From a virus: a DNA stretch of 64,000 bases. Positions 34,435-44,958 of the stretch are shown here, one piece after another. The notes under the pieces were generated by a model, which saw nothing but the letters and a program-made list of their open reading frames with translations, was not told the origin of the DNA and searched no databases. The position numbers were made by a program, and so were the translations under genes. Each line of letters starts with the position of its first letter. Position 1 is the stretch's first letter. Where the stretch lies: IMG/VR virus record IMGVR_UViG_3300048838_001106, positions 1 through 64,000 of that record; one strand, 5' to 3'.

Positions 34435-37386
34435 TTAAGGCAGCGTTGGCTCAGTAGCTGGCTCTACGCGTACTTGCAGTGGCCACCCCATGATTACTCC
34501 GCCCGTGCCTCGTGGGACTACTGGAGATTCTCCAGCTACAACTACAGGAGTCGCGTAGCGACGCTGAGCACCGAAATACCATGCCACGCTGGATAGTGCA
34601 GGGAAGTCTGGCGCCAGGCCAGTCTCCGGACTGATGAGGTGTACGGTGTGGGCGTCTAGCACAGAGGCAATCGACATGCGGCGGTACACCGATTCTACTT
34701 CCACATACATTTCTCGATGCACATCCCTGGCGGTGAAATGCACTGTAAGGTCAGACAGCGTGTCGATTAACAGAGACCCTGCTGTGCTGTAGGCGCCGTC
34801 TGGCATAGCGCGAAGCAGAGTAGGTGTGTCAAACTCGAAGCCATACTCAATACCGTAGGTGTCAGCGGTATTCGTCACGGTAGAAACCAGACGCACAGGG
34901 TCTCCTGAAACGCCGACAGTCACAGGTCCTGGCGCAGCGTCGCTAAGCGTGAACGGCGCACCGACAGCTCCCCATGTTGTGCCGTCCCATGTTTCTACCT
35001 GGCAGTCTATTTCAAACGCGATATCTGGGTTGTGTACCGTCAATCTAAACACGACATCTTGTGCCTGTGCAACTTCGAGCTCGTGCGGCGAGCCGAGCTC
35101 TGCGACACGGATAGTCCCAACCCACGCTGTGTCTATGTCGGCGTATGTGTAATACTCTCCGACCAACATAGCGTCGCCCACCTTCACAGGCGATCCTGAC
35201 GCTGTCATAGTATCGGACTGGGTCAGCACTCCTATAACGTGCAAGCTGTCCGACACGAGCACCAGATCTCTGATGGCATTGATAGCTCGGATCAACAGGT
35301 ACGTGTACGCAGGGCGACCCTCAAACAGCGCTGTGCGTAAATCCTCTGTGAGTCTCGGGTATGGCACAGCTGGAAAATCTGCCAGGCGGTATTCTACACT
35401 GAACACGTGGTGCTTGAGTATTGCGTGCATCAACACATAACCAATTGTCGCTTGCAATGGTGGGCGTGTTTGCACGCGCCACTCTCTGGCTATGTCGACT
35501 GTGTAGTTTGCCTCCGCTGGCAACTGAGCTGTAGCGCCGGCCTGGTTTTTAACGCGAACGGTGTCAGGCGATACGATGTCGTATATCTCGTACACCTCCT
35601 GCGGCACGAACACAGATGTTAGCACCTTGATCTTACGGCCTATGTGTTCCGGTGCCAGACTGTACCCATGCAGCACCATCAGATCATTCCCAGCCACCAC
35701 TGTTGAGGCCGGCGTTGTGTACTGCGTATGGTTAACCAACGGCGAGACTGTGTTGGACACGCGGATGTACAAATCTGGTGCCGCAGCAATGACTTCCAGC
35801 ACGTACTTTACGTTGTCTATCCAGATAGCAGACCCAATCAATGACGGGTCTATGTACTCCTGAAAGACGTCTAGGCGCGTAGGGTCGCCGGCTCGAACGA
35901 ACATATCCTTGCCGCGATATTCAGGCACAGCACCTTGCGTGACGTCGCCACCTACCGCAAGATTAGGATCACCGACGGCCCAGTTCTTCGCGCCAACCAA
36001 GGCGCTATACAGTTGAGGGTCAACACTCCTGCGCGAGGACGATTGTCCCGGCAGTATCTCTAATGGCAGTGTCTCTCCGTGGTACCACGTGGGGTCAGTG
36101 ACATGGTCCTGGACCTTGAACACCGTAGTCAGACTCTCGAAAGCCTCAAACACATACCCGACTTCAATGTCTGTCCTGACGCTGCCATGCGGTATGGTGT
36201 ATGACTCCGTGCTTGTGGTTACAACGTCCAGCAGATCAGTTTTCTGTTCGACGCTAAGCAGTATCTCTCCGTCAGACCTGATTACTGGGATGCCGACCAT
36301 CACATTCAGCGCCGACTCGACACGGCCTGGTGTCGGTCCCATGGAGTAAAACCGCATAAGCCCTATGATGAGCGCGCGGTAAGCTTCGCTTGACGGCTCG
36401 AAGCGCTGAACCAGATAACCAAATGACAAGAACAAATCTTCGGCGTCGAACATGGCATCTGGTATCCACCAGGACATAAGCTTGACGCGCGTGCCAGACA
36501 CGTGTTGCCATTCCAAGTCAATTGCACCTTGCAAGTCCGCTATCTGTGTGTCGATCTCCACCTCTGTGGGACTCGTTACACTGACAATGCTTGCAGTATA
36601 TTGCGCTCCCTGCGCAGACAGTATGACGCTGGTCCCAGGCGACAGCACATTAAAATGCCCATCTGCAATGACGCGCCACGACAGCGCTGTGGCGTCCGGT
36701 GACAATGTGTCTGTACCGACTAGCCGCGGAGACACGACTGTTGTGATTACCCTTGCCACAGTCAGCGCAGGGTCTAATGGGTCTGTGTGCACAAGTTGTC
36801 TGCCGACATCGTCCTGCGTGAACGCATCTGTGCTTGTCTCAAATATGTAGCCTTGCTTGGCTATACCCTGGCGCCCCCTAACTGTTTCGCCAGTCCAGGT
36901 AAGTGTCGTACCGGATATGCTGGCACCACGCGCTGTCAGGTATGGCACAGGTGCGATGCTCACTTCGCGGGTCAGTGCACCAGGCGTGGAAAATGGGTCT
37001 GTAGAGAATCGGAACTCGCCATCTTCCAGTACAAAGTCCTGCGGTGTTTCTAGGGATATGGTCGGCGCGTATACCCGATTCCACAAATACTTTGCTGCTT
37101 TCATGCCTGGTGTGGCCGGGCAGCGATATGGGTATGTGTCTCCAGCCACGTATCGCATGTCTGCATAGTGGGTGGTGTACAAGTGCCAGTACTCTTTGCG
37201 AAACACTGGAGTGTGATAAACGTTACTGTTAAGTACGTTTGACAGCAGGTCTAGATACGCCTGCCCCAGCTGCTCTTCCGTGGCCGCATACAACGTCTCT
37301 AGTTGGTCTTTGTCTGCAAAGAATCTCTGCCAGAAATCAGACAGACCGGTGAGCAGCACACTAACCTGAGGAGACAGACCTGACAT
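34435..37386 (-). CDS. Baseplate wedge/structural protein
   Basis: 983 aa directly downstream of the baseplate J-like gene; FGYLV...YRALIIGL...GPT and RPAYT wedge-like motifs. Confidence 0.55.
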   Translation of the reverse strand: MSGLSPQVSVLLTGLSDFWQRFFADKDQLETLYAATEEQLGQAYLDLLSNVLNSNVYHTPVFRKEYWHLYTTHYADMRYVAGDTYPYRCPATPGMKAAKYLWNRVYAPTISLETPQDFVLEDGEFRFSTDPFSTPGALTREVSIAPVPYLTARGASISGTTLTWTGETVRGRQGIAKQGYIFETSTDAFTQDDVGRQLVHTDPLDPALTVARVITTVVSPRLVGTDTLSPDATALSWRVIADGHFNVLSPGTSVILSAQGAQYTASIVSVTSPTEVEIDTQIADLQGAIDLEWQHVSGTRVKLMSWWIPDAMFDAEDLFLSFGYLVQRFEPSSEAYRALIIGLMRFYSMGPTPGRVESALNVMVGIPVIRSDGEILLSVEQKTDLLDVVTTSTESYTIPHGSVRTDIEVGYVFEAFESLTTVFKVQDHVTDPTWYHGETLPLEILPGQSSSRRSVDPQLYSALVGAKNWAVGDPNLAVGGDVTQGAVPEYRGKDMFVRAGDPTRLDVFQEYIDPSLIGSAIWIDNVKYVLEVIAAAPDLYIRVSNTVSPLVNHTQYTTPASTVVAGNDLMVLHGYSLAPEHIGRKIKVLTSVFVPQEVYEIYDIVSPDTVRVKNQAGATAQLPAEANYTVDIAREWRVQTRPPLQATIGYVLMHAILKHHVFSVEYRLADFPAVPYPRLTEDLRTALFEGRPAYTYLLIRAINAIRDLVLVSDSLHVIGVLTQSDTMTASGSPVKVGDAMLVGEYYTYADIDTAWVGTIRVAELGSPHELEVAQAQDVVFRLTVHNPDIAFEIDCQVETWDGTTWGAVGAPFTLSDAAPGPVTVGVSGDPVRLVSTVTNTADTYGIEYGFEFDTPTLLRAMPDGAYSTAGSLLIDTLSDLTVHFTARDVHREMYVEVESVYRRMSIASVLDAHTVHLISPETGLAPDFPALSSVAWYFGAQRRYATPVVVAGESPVVPRGTGGVIMGWPLQVRVEPATEPTLP

Positions 37387-39812
37387 CAGAGCACCTTCGT
37401 CAGAGTAATCAACGATACGTCCGACAAATATCGGATAGTCCTGTCAGTAACACCGTAAACAGACGGATCTTCAAGGCGGCGATGCGGCAGTCCAGACGCT
37501 AGTAGCTGTGGCTTCAGAACTACTGCGTCGACTGACCGGTAAGGAATCTCTCTTCCGTCTGGGGCCAGCAAGACATAGTCGGCTGTGACGGGCGACTCTA
37601 CATACCCGACAACCGTTCGGTATGTGCTGTTGAAGTACGTGACTATGTCAGACAGATGCAAGACATCCTCTGTGGTTGGAAACGAAGAGATGTACGCTGC
37701 AACCTTTGCGCGCGCGTCATCCTCATCCAGCACTGTCAGAGCATTGCTCTTCAGGCCATAGCGTATGTTCAACGACACATACACAGGATGAAAGCCTCTG
37801 ACCATTGTGTCGGCGCAGATAACTCTGTTCTGTCTGTTAGACACGTAAGCATCTATTGCTGGGAAATTTAGAATCGTGTCGTACACCACACGGCAAGGGA
37901 ATCCGTCATACTTCTTCTTCTCCGACGTCTCCCACCAGAGTCTGTTTTCTGCGACGGTGGTGGCGAGAGGGTCATCTTGCTTCTCCACACCCACCTGTGA
38001 CGGAGACACGTAGCTTGTTATCGTAAACGGTCCTCGGTTATCTGCATTCACGGCTCTGGATATGTAGAGCTCCGACCCAATCATGCCTGCATTGAACACA
38101 GCCTGTTGTGCTGTGAAGACGTTGGCGTTGTTAAACGAACCACCCTGGCCTGTGTATGCTGGCGCAGGGCCCACCTCGACTGTCATGAACTGCTTAGAAG
38201 ACTGTGCCTCAAGAGGTTGCGAATTCCTAACGCGAAACTGAGCAGACGCGGCGCCTGGTGATGCTACTGGCTCTTGATTAACTCGGTTGACAAATTCTAC
38301 ACGCCCGGTAACCGCGTCAGTGTCTGGGTCTGCCGCGTTAAGCACCGACACCTCTCGGATAAGATACACCGGCTCCGACGGCAACAGCACGTGGCCGTCT
38401 TCTCGGTACTCTCGCGAGAATTCACCTGTGGTCGCTTCCAGGGTCTTCTGGTTGTATAGCGGCGCGTTGTTACCTATGGAGTAGATAACCACGTCAGACA
38501 ATATTTCAATCTGCAATCCGCTTTCGACCACGAGGGTTGCTGGCGACAGTGTTACCGAGTTCATGGCAGGGTCAACTGCGGTGATTAACCTGTCTGCATT
38601 GTTCGCGGCGTTAACCCCTCCTGCAATTCGAACATATCTCCCAAGATCAGATCCTGAAAAATTAGCTGCCGAACTTTGGAGTGTGTTTGCGTTAAGCGCT
38701 GCTCCGTCTGAATATGTAGCGGTGCCTCGGGGATATCCAGGTCGCACATCGGGGAATTCTTGCTTCGTTGACAGCTCTAGAAAGTGCCGTGTAACTCGCC
38801 CAATGACGTAAAGACTTCGCTCGGACGCAGACGCATTGATGTGTCTAAGTACATCCCCTGCCGCCACGCCGGTGGCGCGCCAGTCTGGTACGGAAGTGTC
38901 CTTGAATATGCGGATGCCTGGCCTGGTGTCTGTGAAGATGCCTCCAACAACGCCTTCGAAAACGCGACGAGTTGCGATTGGAGTAGCGACATACACGTCA
39001 ATATGTCCGCCAGTGTGAACGTTGTAGGGAGACGCCAGGTCTGCGCGATCTCGTTGCATGGAGGGATCTCCATGACCTATGACGGTCAAGAAATCTATGA
39101 GCGGGAACAGATCGGTGAGCACCGTGTCAATACTTCTCTCCGAGTTCAGATCCCGGACAGTTATTGCAGTAGCAGCACGCGCAAGGAGTTCTTCTGTCGT
39201 CTCTGCGTCTTTGGCACCGACAAACGCAGCGTCATTTTCCATGCCGCGCACGAATCGATTAAAAGACGGAACGTCAGCGAACGTTCCAGGTGGCAACTCG
39301 TACGCGGACCCTGGCCGCTCAGCAATGACCGGAACACGCAGTGCGTACCCGGTTATGAAGCCATTGGTGTTGTACCTTGGGGTCAAGTTGTTCGCCGAGT
39401 AGACCAGCGCACCAACGTTGTCCAAAAGAAACCGGCGGCCACTAGTCCGGGTGAACACGGCATTGGCAGGCACCGCCCCATCGTGAAGTTCTGAGAAAAT
39501 GATCAGAGCCGTGCCGCGAACCTGTCGCCCTGTTCGACGGGTAATAAACCAGTTGGCAACCAGGTTGTCTACCGCATCATCATAGTCTTCTAGTGATGCC
39601 AGCTGGGACACAGTTCTAAGACTTGTGCCCAGCCTGACGTTCCTGGCCTCTGCCCGCAGCAGTGCAATCGAACTGGCCAGCGCGCTTATCGTATGGTCAC
39701 GCGTTATCGACCCCGCAGACAGGTCAGCATCGGGCAACAACTCTGACAAAAAACCTACCAGGAAGTCTTCTGCCTTCTTCCTGTCAGCATCAGATATAAC
39801 GAGCTCTGTCAT
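37386..39812 (-). CDS. Baseplate J/gp6-like wedge protein
   Basis: DLSAGS..RD, RRTG...RG, IAERPGSAY and GAKDAETTEELLAR motifs. Confidence 0.75.
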   Translation of the reverse strand: MTELVISDADRKKAEDFLVGFLSELLPDADLSAGSITRDHTISALASSIALLRAEARNVRLGTSLRTVSQLASLEDYDDAVDNLVANWFITRRTGRQVRGTALIIFSELHDGAVPANAVFTRTSGRRFLLDNVGALVYSANNLTPRYNTNGFITGYALRVPVIAERPGSAYELPPGTFADVPSFNRFVRGMENDAAFVGAKDAETTEELLARAATAITVRDLNSERSIDTVLTDLFPLIDFLTVIGHGDPSMQRDRADLASPYNVHTGGHIDVYVATPIATRRVFEGVVGGIFTDTRPGIRIFKDTSVPDWRATGVAAGDVLRHINASASERSLYVIGRVTRHFLELSTKQEFPDVRPGYPRGTATYSDGAALNANTLQSSAANFSGSDLGRYVRIAGGVNAANNADRLITAVDPAMNSVTLSPATLVVESGLQIEILSDVVIYSIGNNAPLYNQKTLEATTGEFSREYREDGHVLLPSEPVYLIREVSVLNAADPDTDAVTGRVEFVNRVNQEPVASPGAASAQFRVRNSQPLEAQSSKQFMTVEVGPAPAYTGQGGSFNNANVFTAQQAVFNAGMIGSELYISRAVNADNRGPFTITSYVSPSQVGVEKQDDPLATTVAENRLWWETSEKKKYDGFPCRVVYDTILNFPAIDAYVSNRQNRVICADTMVRGFHPVYVSLNIRYGLKSNALTVLDEDDARAKVAAYISSFPTTEDVLHLSDIVTYFNSTYRTVVGYVESPVTADYVLLAPDGREIPYRSVDAVVLKPQLLASGLPHRRLEDPSVYGVTDRTIRYLSDVSLITLTKVL

Positions 39813-39813
39813 A

Positions 39814-40269
39814 CTATCTCCTGATAGATCGCGTCGGCAGAATGAATTGAAGAGCCCTGCCCGCCTGATTCTTTAACAAGATGGTTACTTCGAAGCCGGC
39901 GCCGTTGTCGTCTACAACTAACGAGGTCATCTTGGCAGACTGCAATATGTCTTCAGGATCATCGCTTGGGTCCATGCTCTGGTATCTGAATAGTGTAGCT
40001 TCTGCTTTGGATACAGCTGTCGACACAATGTCCTGCAGGTCTTGCGCGGAAGTTACGTTCGACCCTATGAGAGCCGGGAAACGTGTGCCATTAGACCTGT
40101 CAGACAGATCTGTACCCTCTAATGTCATCAGTGTCTTCAGGAACTTGTTGATAAGCTTCTGAAAACCTCTAATGCCTATGTGCTTCTGAAACCCATAGAT
40201 GAACGTGGCATAGCCATCGACTTGCTCAGACGCGGGCTTCAGCTGGATGTATGTGTCAAATGTACTCAT
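39814..40269 (-). CDS. gp25-like baseplate protein
   Basis: 151 aa; G.QKL.....K.LMT..GT.......GT pattern; upstream of baseplate J. Confidence 0.6.
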   Translation of the reverse strand: MSTFDTYIQLKPASEQVDGYATFIYGFQKHIGIRGFQKLINKFLKTLMTLEGTDLSDRSNGTRFPALIGSNVTSAQDLQDIVSTAVSKAEATLFRYQSMDPSDDPEDILQSAKMTSLVVDDNGAGFEVTILLKNQAGRALQFILPTRSIRR

Positions 40270-41927
40270 CAGTCACCGAGAGGGGCGTCGCCATATCGAA
40301 CATCATAACTCTTTTCGATACGTTTGCGCACCTCAGGATAATTCAAACTGGCGGTGTCGTACACTTGTTTTCTGGTGACGTTGGCAAGTGCCTCGTCTCT
40401 CATCAGCCCTGAGGTTATATCGTACATGCTTCCAAGCACCGCGTACTGCGACGGAGAGGTAGCGTCCTCTCTGCTCTCAGCCACACTGTTCATGACCTTG
40501 TTTATTGGTGACGTAGGCGACACATACGGGTCAGTTGGCAGAGGAGAATTTACCAGCATGGCAATAGGATCAATGCGGTAGCTGTTCGCGTTGCCAACTG
40601 CTGTCAGCCTGTTTGATTCCAACGGTCTGCCCTGAATGAGCTGTCGCTGTACCAGTATTTCAAAGTGGAGGTGCGGCGTTCGCACAGAGTTGTGCGGAAG
40701 AACTTTGCCGCCGGACTTTCGCCCCTGCGTAATGCCTGCCAGACCGATTGGTTGTGCCCGTGTAACACGATCCCCTGTCTTTACAAAGAACTTGGACATG
40801 TGAGCATAGCGCGAGCTGAACCCGTTATTGTGGTCAATGTAAACCACGAGGCCGTAAGACTCGCTGACGTCTGCCCGCACCACCACCCCGTCAGCTATTG
40901 CGTACACAGGCTGGTTGGGGTTGTTCTGCGTCAGGAAGTCCACGCCCTTGTGCAAACGCACACGCTGTTGTCCTGTGACGGGGTCAATGCCAAGACGCTC
41001 AGCCCCAGCATTCCCTGTAGACACTGCCTTCGTGCGGCGCTTCTGGAAAGGACTCAGCACCTGAATCGTTGTGAGAGGCCATACAAGTCCCAGTGCCTTG
41101 TTGTCATCGACTGACAGGGTAAAAGTTTTTACGCTGTCATCGTTCAGAATATAGTCGATGATCCGCGTGGACGCGGCGTTGGCTTCGTTAACTCTGAGAC
41201 CATCAAACGTCGCTTCATACCGTGTCGTAAACGCCTGAATGTCAATCTGGATTTTCTTAGTGCGCGCAGCACTGACGCGTCTTACTTCAACGGCGGCTTC
41301 TGCGCCAACCTCTCCGCCCTGCACTCCCCACACAGAGAAGTCACCAGCAGACCTGTTGCACAACGGCAGTCTGTATGCAGAGGGCGGTGTGTTGACAGCG
41401 CCGGACGGCAGCGTCTGCGCAACAGACACAAACTGCTCTGCGTTGTTAGACCACTTAGACATGTTCGCGCGCATGCGTTGCATGTACGTGAACACCGCGC
41501 CATTCCCCCACACCGTGTTCAGATACTCGTCCGCTGCCGCATCGCCATCGCCGATGAGTTTGATGTCTAAGTACGTCGCAACTACGTCGTCCCTTGTCCC
41601 CCATAGAAGAGCCATAGCTTCGTAGTTGTAACCGTGTATCTCGGCGTAGCTCTCCATGTATTGCAGGAAAGCCGTGACGGCCTCAGATGGTTTGCCGACA
41701 TAATCTACAGGCTTGCTGTTGTTAACCAGCGCTGCCTTGCGCTCGTCGATACCGAACAGTCCCGCAGATGTGTTGTTGTTGACCGAAAAATCTGGGTCAA
41801 GACCTGACTGATAGTCTGCAACTGCAAGAACAAACCAATCAGGATACAGGTACTCTGTAAGCCCTGTGTCCTCCCTGACTTTTGGAAGAATGACGGTCCG
41901 CAGTTGTGTTTCAATTTCGGACGCCAT
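40269..41927 (-). CDS. Tail-associated M23 peptidase with N-terminal lysozyme-like domain
   Basis: M23 motifs HKGVD, YAHM and PHLHFE; N-terminal YQSGLDP...SAGLFGI resembles SLT motifs. Confidence 0.8.
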   Translation of the reverse strand: MASEIETQLRTVILPKVREDTGLTEYLYPDWFVLAVADYQSGLDPDFSVNNNTSAGLFGIDERKAALVNNSKPVDYVGKPSEAVTAFLQYMESYAEIHGYNYEAMALLWGTRDDVVATYLDIKLIGDGDAAADEYLNTVWGNGAVFTYMQRMRANMSKWSNNAEQFVSVAQTLPSGAVNTPPSAYRLPLCNRSAGDFSVWGVQGGEVGAEAAVEVRRVSAARTKKIQIDIQAFTTRYEATFDGLRVNEANAASTRIIDYILNDDSVKTFTLSVDDNKALGLVWPLTTIQVLSPFQKRRTKAVSTGNAGAERLGIDPVTGQQRVRLHKGVDFLTQNNPNQPVYAIADGVVVRADVSESYGLVVYIDHNNGFSSRYAHMSKFFVKTGDRVTRAQPIGLAGITQGRKSGGKVLPHNSVRTPHLHFEILVQRQLIQGRPLESNRLTAVGNANSYRIDPIAMLVNSPLPTDPYVSPTSPINKVMNSVAESREDATSPSQYAVLGSMYDITSGLMRDEALANVTRKQVYDTASLNYPEVRKRIEKSYDVRYGDAPLGD

Positions 41928-41936
41928 GATGTGTCA

Positions 41937-42413
41937 TTAGCCGCGTGCTTGGTTGTACAAAGCGCGGAGCTTGGACTCAGTATCGAAGTCCGTACCAAGA
42001 TACTGGTTCGACGCATTTCGAAGATCGTTCTGCCACGTGTCGGCGTCAGTCATTCCATAGCCTAGACCCACAGCACCCGCGCCTGCTGCGCCTACGCCGG
42101 CTGCGCCTTGCGCTCCCTGCATGATTTGTTTCCGCAAATGAGCCTCTGCCGGGTCTCCGATAACTTCGAACGCACCGTCCATCGCTGGCTGCATATTCCG
42201 GAGCGCTTTGACATTCTGCGGCAGGTCCATCATCGCCTGCATCCTGCCAGCAGTCTTTGTCTGCTGTGCAGACTCCACCACAAGCTGTGCCATCTTCATG
42301 AGTGCTGGGTGGCCAGACGACGCGGCGTGATTGACGAAGTCAACAGGGTCAACATTGTGCTCTGCGAGCTTTGTCATAATGCCGTGAACGTATGCTGTTT
42401 TCTGTGTGCTCAT
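41937..42413 (-). CDS. Tagged-family protein (C-terminal LGTDF motif)
   Basis: AYVHG, TKTAG and YGMTDADT..N..R.ASN..LGTDF; start at MSTQK. Confidence 0.65.
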   Translation of the reverse strand: MSTQKTAYVHGIMTKLAEHNVDPVDFVNHAASSGHPALMKMAQLVVESAQQTKTAGRMQAMMDLPQNVKALRNMQPAMDGAFEVIGDPAEAHLRKQIMQGAQGAAGVGAAGAGAVGLGYGMTDADTWQNDLRNASNQYLGTDFDTESKLRALYNQARG

Positions 42414-42438
42414 TTTATATCTTCCTTTCAAGTGGTGG

Positions 42439-42882
42439 TTAACTGACCAGATTTCCAAACCGTGATTTCGTGCTAAAGTCTGTGCCTAGCATTCTATTAG
42501 ACGCCCGAACTGCCCTGTTCTCCATAGTGTTTGCGTCTCCCATACCGTATGCAAGGCCTCCCACACCAAGTGCTGTGCCCCCGAGACGCTTAGCGCCTTT
42601 TCCAGCTTGGCTACGAAGAACATCCGAGCGCTCGGTAGCCCTGTCTGCTGCTCGTGTGTTTCCGGTTGCTCTGTTGTCCAATGCCCTTTCTGTGTGGATT
42701 TTTGACTTCTTCCAGTCTCCATGAATGCGGCGCGGGTCCATCGACTTCACAAAGTCTACGCCTTTATCGACAAGCTTCCCTGCCTGTGTACCAAGGTTGG
42801 CAACCTTCTCTGTGGTCTCAATGTCAAGCCCTGAGCATGACAGGACATGTAACATACCGATACTATAAAAATCATTGCTCAT
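42439..42882 (-). CDS. Tagged-family protein (C-terminal LGTDF motif)
   Basis: FYSIG, EKVA and YGMGDANT..N...RASN..LGTDF. Confidence 0.65.
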   Translation of the reverse strand: MSNDFYSIGMLHVLSCSGLDIETTEKVANLGTQAGKLVDKGVDFVKSMDPRRIHGDWKKSKIHTERALDNRATGNTRAADRATERSDVLRSQAGKGAKRLGGTALGVGGLAYGMGDANTMENRAVRASNRMLGTDFSTKSRFGNLVS

Positions 42883-42937
42883 GTCTGCCTCTTGATCCCT
42901 TTGTTATCTTTATCATAAACCTGGTTACGGCGTAAAG

Positions 42938-44155
42938 TTACCATTGTATTGACGCGCCGAATCCTCTGGAATTGCTTGTGTCGTACATGCTCTTGCCTGC
43001 CAGTCCTGCGCCGAGCCCCGCTGCGGCTAGGCCTGCAATGCGCGCGGCGCGTCCTCCGGTGTTGATCTTGCGCAACACATCGTCGCGAGTCAACACGGGG
43101 TCAATCAATCCTGTGTACTGCTTAGCCCAGTCTTGGTACGTCGGCTTCATTTTCACGCTTGCAGCTTCTAAAATTGGGTCTCCGCTACCGCCGCGGCGTA
43201 AGGGTGCGCCGTCTTCCAAGATCTCGTTCAACCATGCGCGCCTGTCAGATGCGGGCATTTTATTGACATCCGGCTCACCATAATGAAGTGCGCGTTCTTC
43301 AACAAATTGTGTGATTTTTCTTTCTGCATAGTCCCCAAGACTGTCAGTGGTGTACAAAGGTGTCTTCCTGTACAAGTCGTCTTGAATGTGCCCGGCGTCG
43401 TCCCCCCTAATTGCAGCTCTCAGATGCGCAACGTATTGTTCTGGGTCTGCGCTCTCCATATGCCTATCGGCGCGCCCGAGCGCGAAACTGAGGTGTGGAT
43501 TGTCAACCGAGTCGCGCATGATTCTTCGAAACTCTTTGCCGTCCACAGGCATGCTGTCTACATCCGTGCCCTCTGGCAACGTTGCGGCCATCTGCCTTGC
43601 AGTTTCGTATCTTCTTCGTAAAAAATCCTTTCTGAAATCTTCTGGGTCTGCGCCCTCTGTTTCCCGAAACATATGCTTTGCTGCTTGAAGAGGCCCCTCT
43701 GAGAAATTTTTGTAGTGCTCTTCGCTAGCGGAGTCGAATGGCTGCAGCAGTCCAGCGCTCTGCAAAAGCGGAGACAATTTCCCTGTCCGGACCTTCTTAA
43801 CTAATTCTTGTCCCGTGATTGTGCTGCCGTCTCGCAGCGGCATTTTCTGATTAAGCAGGTCAGAACTCATGTCGGCGTACTCGCCTAAGGACATGCCTGA
43901 TCCTGTCAGTCGCTTGTATTCCCTCAACTTATCTGCAGTGTCATCGGCCAGGATTGACCCCTTCGTGTAATTCACGGCTCGATGTCCTGCTACTCCCGCG
44001 CCAAGTCCTGCACCTGCACCTGCCACTCCTAAATACATCTCAGGCTGATCTGCCAGATTCTCTCTCTGAGAACCAAAAGACACATTGAAAGCAGTTTTAG
44101 TGCGGCGCAGCCCCGCTGCGTGCAATGTCTGGCTGTATCCAGCGTTATAAAACAT
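42938..44155 (-). CDS. Tagged-family protein with Gly/Ala hydrophobic segments
   Basis: FYNAG, TKTA, and GA-rich helices near both ends. Confidence 0.65.
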   Translation of the reverse strand: MFYNAGYSQTLHAAGLRRTKTAFNVSFGSQRENLADQPEMYLGVAGAGAGLGAGVAGHRAVNYTKGSILADDTADKLREYKRLTGSGMSLGEYADMSSDLLNQKMPLRDGSTITGQELVKKVRTGKLSPLLQSAGLLQPFDSASEEHYKNFSEGPLQAAKHMFRETEGADPEDFRKDFLRRRYETARQMAATLPEGTDVDSMPVDGKEFRRIMRDSVDNPHLSFALGRADRHMESADPEQYVAHLRAAIRGDDAGHIQDDLYRKTPLYTTDSLGDYAERKITQFVEERALHYGEPDVNKMPASDRRAWLNEILEDGAPLRRGGSGDPILEAASVKMKPTYQDWAKQYTGLIDPVLTRDDVLRKINTGGRAARIAGLAAAGLGAGLAGKSMYDTSNSRGFGASIQW

Positions 44156-44176
44156 GGCTTACTCCGTAAACAAAGA

Positions 44177-44947
44177 TCACCCGCCAAATGCGTTGCTGAA
44201 GCGAGACTGCGTTTTGAAGTCGGTGCCGAGATTCTTGTTGGCAGCCTGTCGAATCTTGTTGCCAGTCGTGTCGGCGTCGCCCATGCCGTATGCTGTAGCG
44301 CCCGCAGCTCCGAGGCCTGCTGTGCCCGCTCCTCCAATTATTGCGCCCTGTACGCCACGTCTTGCGCGGCCTTCTGTCTCCAGAGCCCGTAGAAGTTCGA
44401 AGTGCACCGCATTGTTTTGAAAATTGTCGGTGATCCCCGACAGCTCAGACGCTTCTCGGAAGCTTGGGTGGTGTAGATCTACGTTGTACCTGTTTCCCTG
44501 CTCATTGAGAGTCCTCTCAGCTCCGAACCCGTAACTCGATGGCTCTTGGCGTTTTCTTGAAATGAAGTCGTCATCTAGTCTACGTAGGTTCGATGGCGCA
44601 TTCCATATGTCGCTTAGCCACTCGCCAGGGCCGCCGCCCATGCTACGCCTTAGTGCGTAATCCATGGGTTCCACGCCGGGTATCATATCGCCTATCTCGC
44701 GTGCCGTTGCGTAAGGGTCGCTTAGTCTTTTTAGACCTCCCATCACTGTGTGTGCGCCAAAAAGGCCGTCCAATGGTACGCGTGCATTCACTTCTTTTTG
44801 TATGCTGGGTGCGTCAAAAAGATCGCCTACAGCACCTCCGGCTCCACGTATTGCCGCCGATGCCTGTTTGCTGTCTGACACCATGTTCAGATCTAACAGC
44901 CCCGCCGCACTAGCAACCTTCGCTAGCCCAAATGTGTAAGCGTCCAT
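44177..44947 (-). CDS. Tagged-family protein (C-terminal LGTDF motif)
   Basis: AYTFG, KVAS, KQAS and YGMGDADT..N..R.AAN..LGTDF. Confidence 0.65.
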   Translation of the reverse strand: MDAYTFGLAKVASAAGLLDLNMVSDSKQASAAIRGAGGAVGDLFDAPSIQKEVNARVPLDGLFGAHTVMGGLKRLSDPYATAREIGDMIPGVEPMDYALRRSMGGGPGEWLSDIWNAPSNLRRLDDDFISRKRQEPSSYGFGAERTLNEQGNRYNVDLHHPSFREASELSGITDNFQNNAVHFELLRALETEGRARRGVQGAIIGGAGTAGLGAAGATAYGMGDADTTGNKIRQAANKNLGTDFKTQSRFSNAFGG

Positions 44948-44958
44948 CCTAAACTCCT

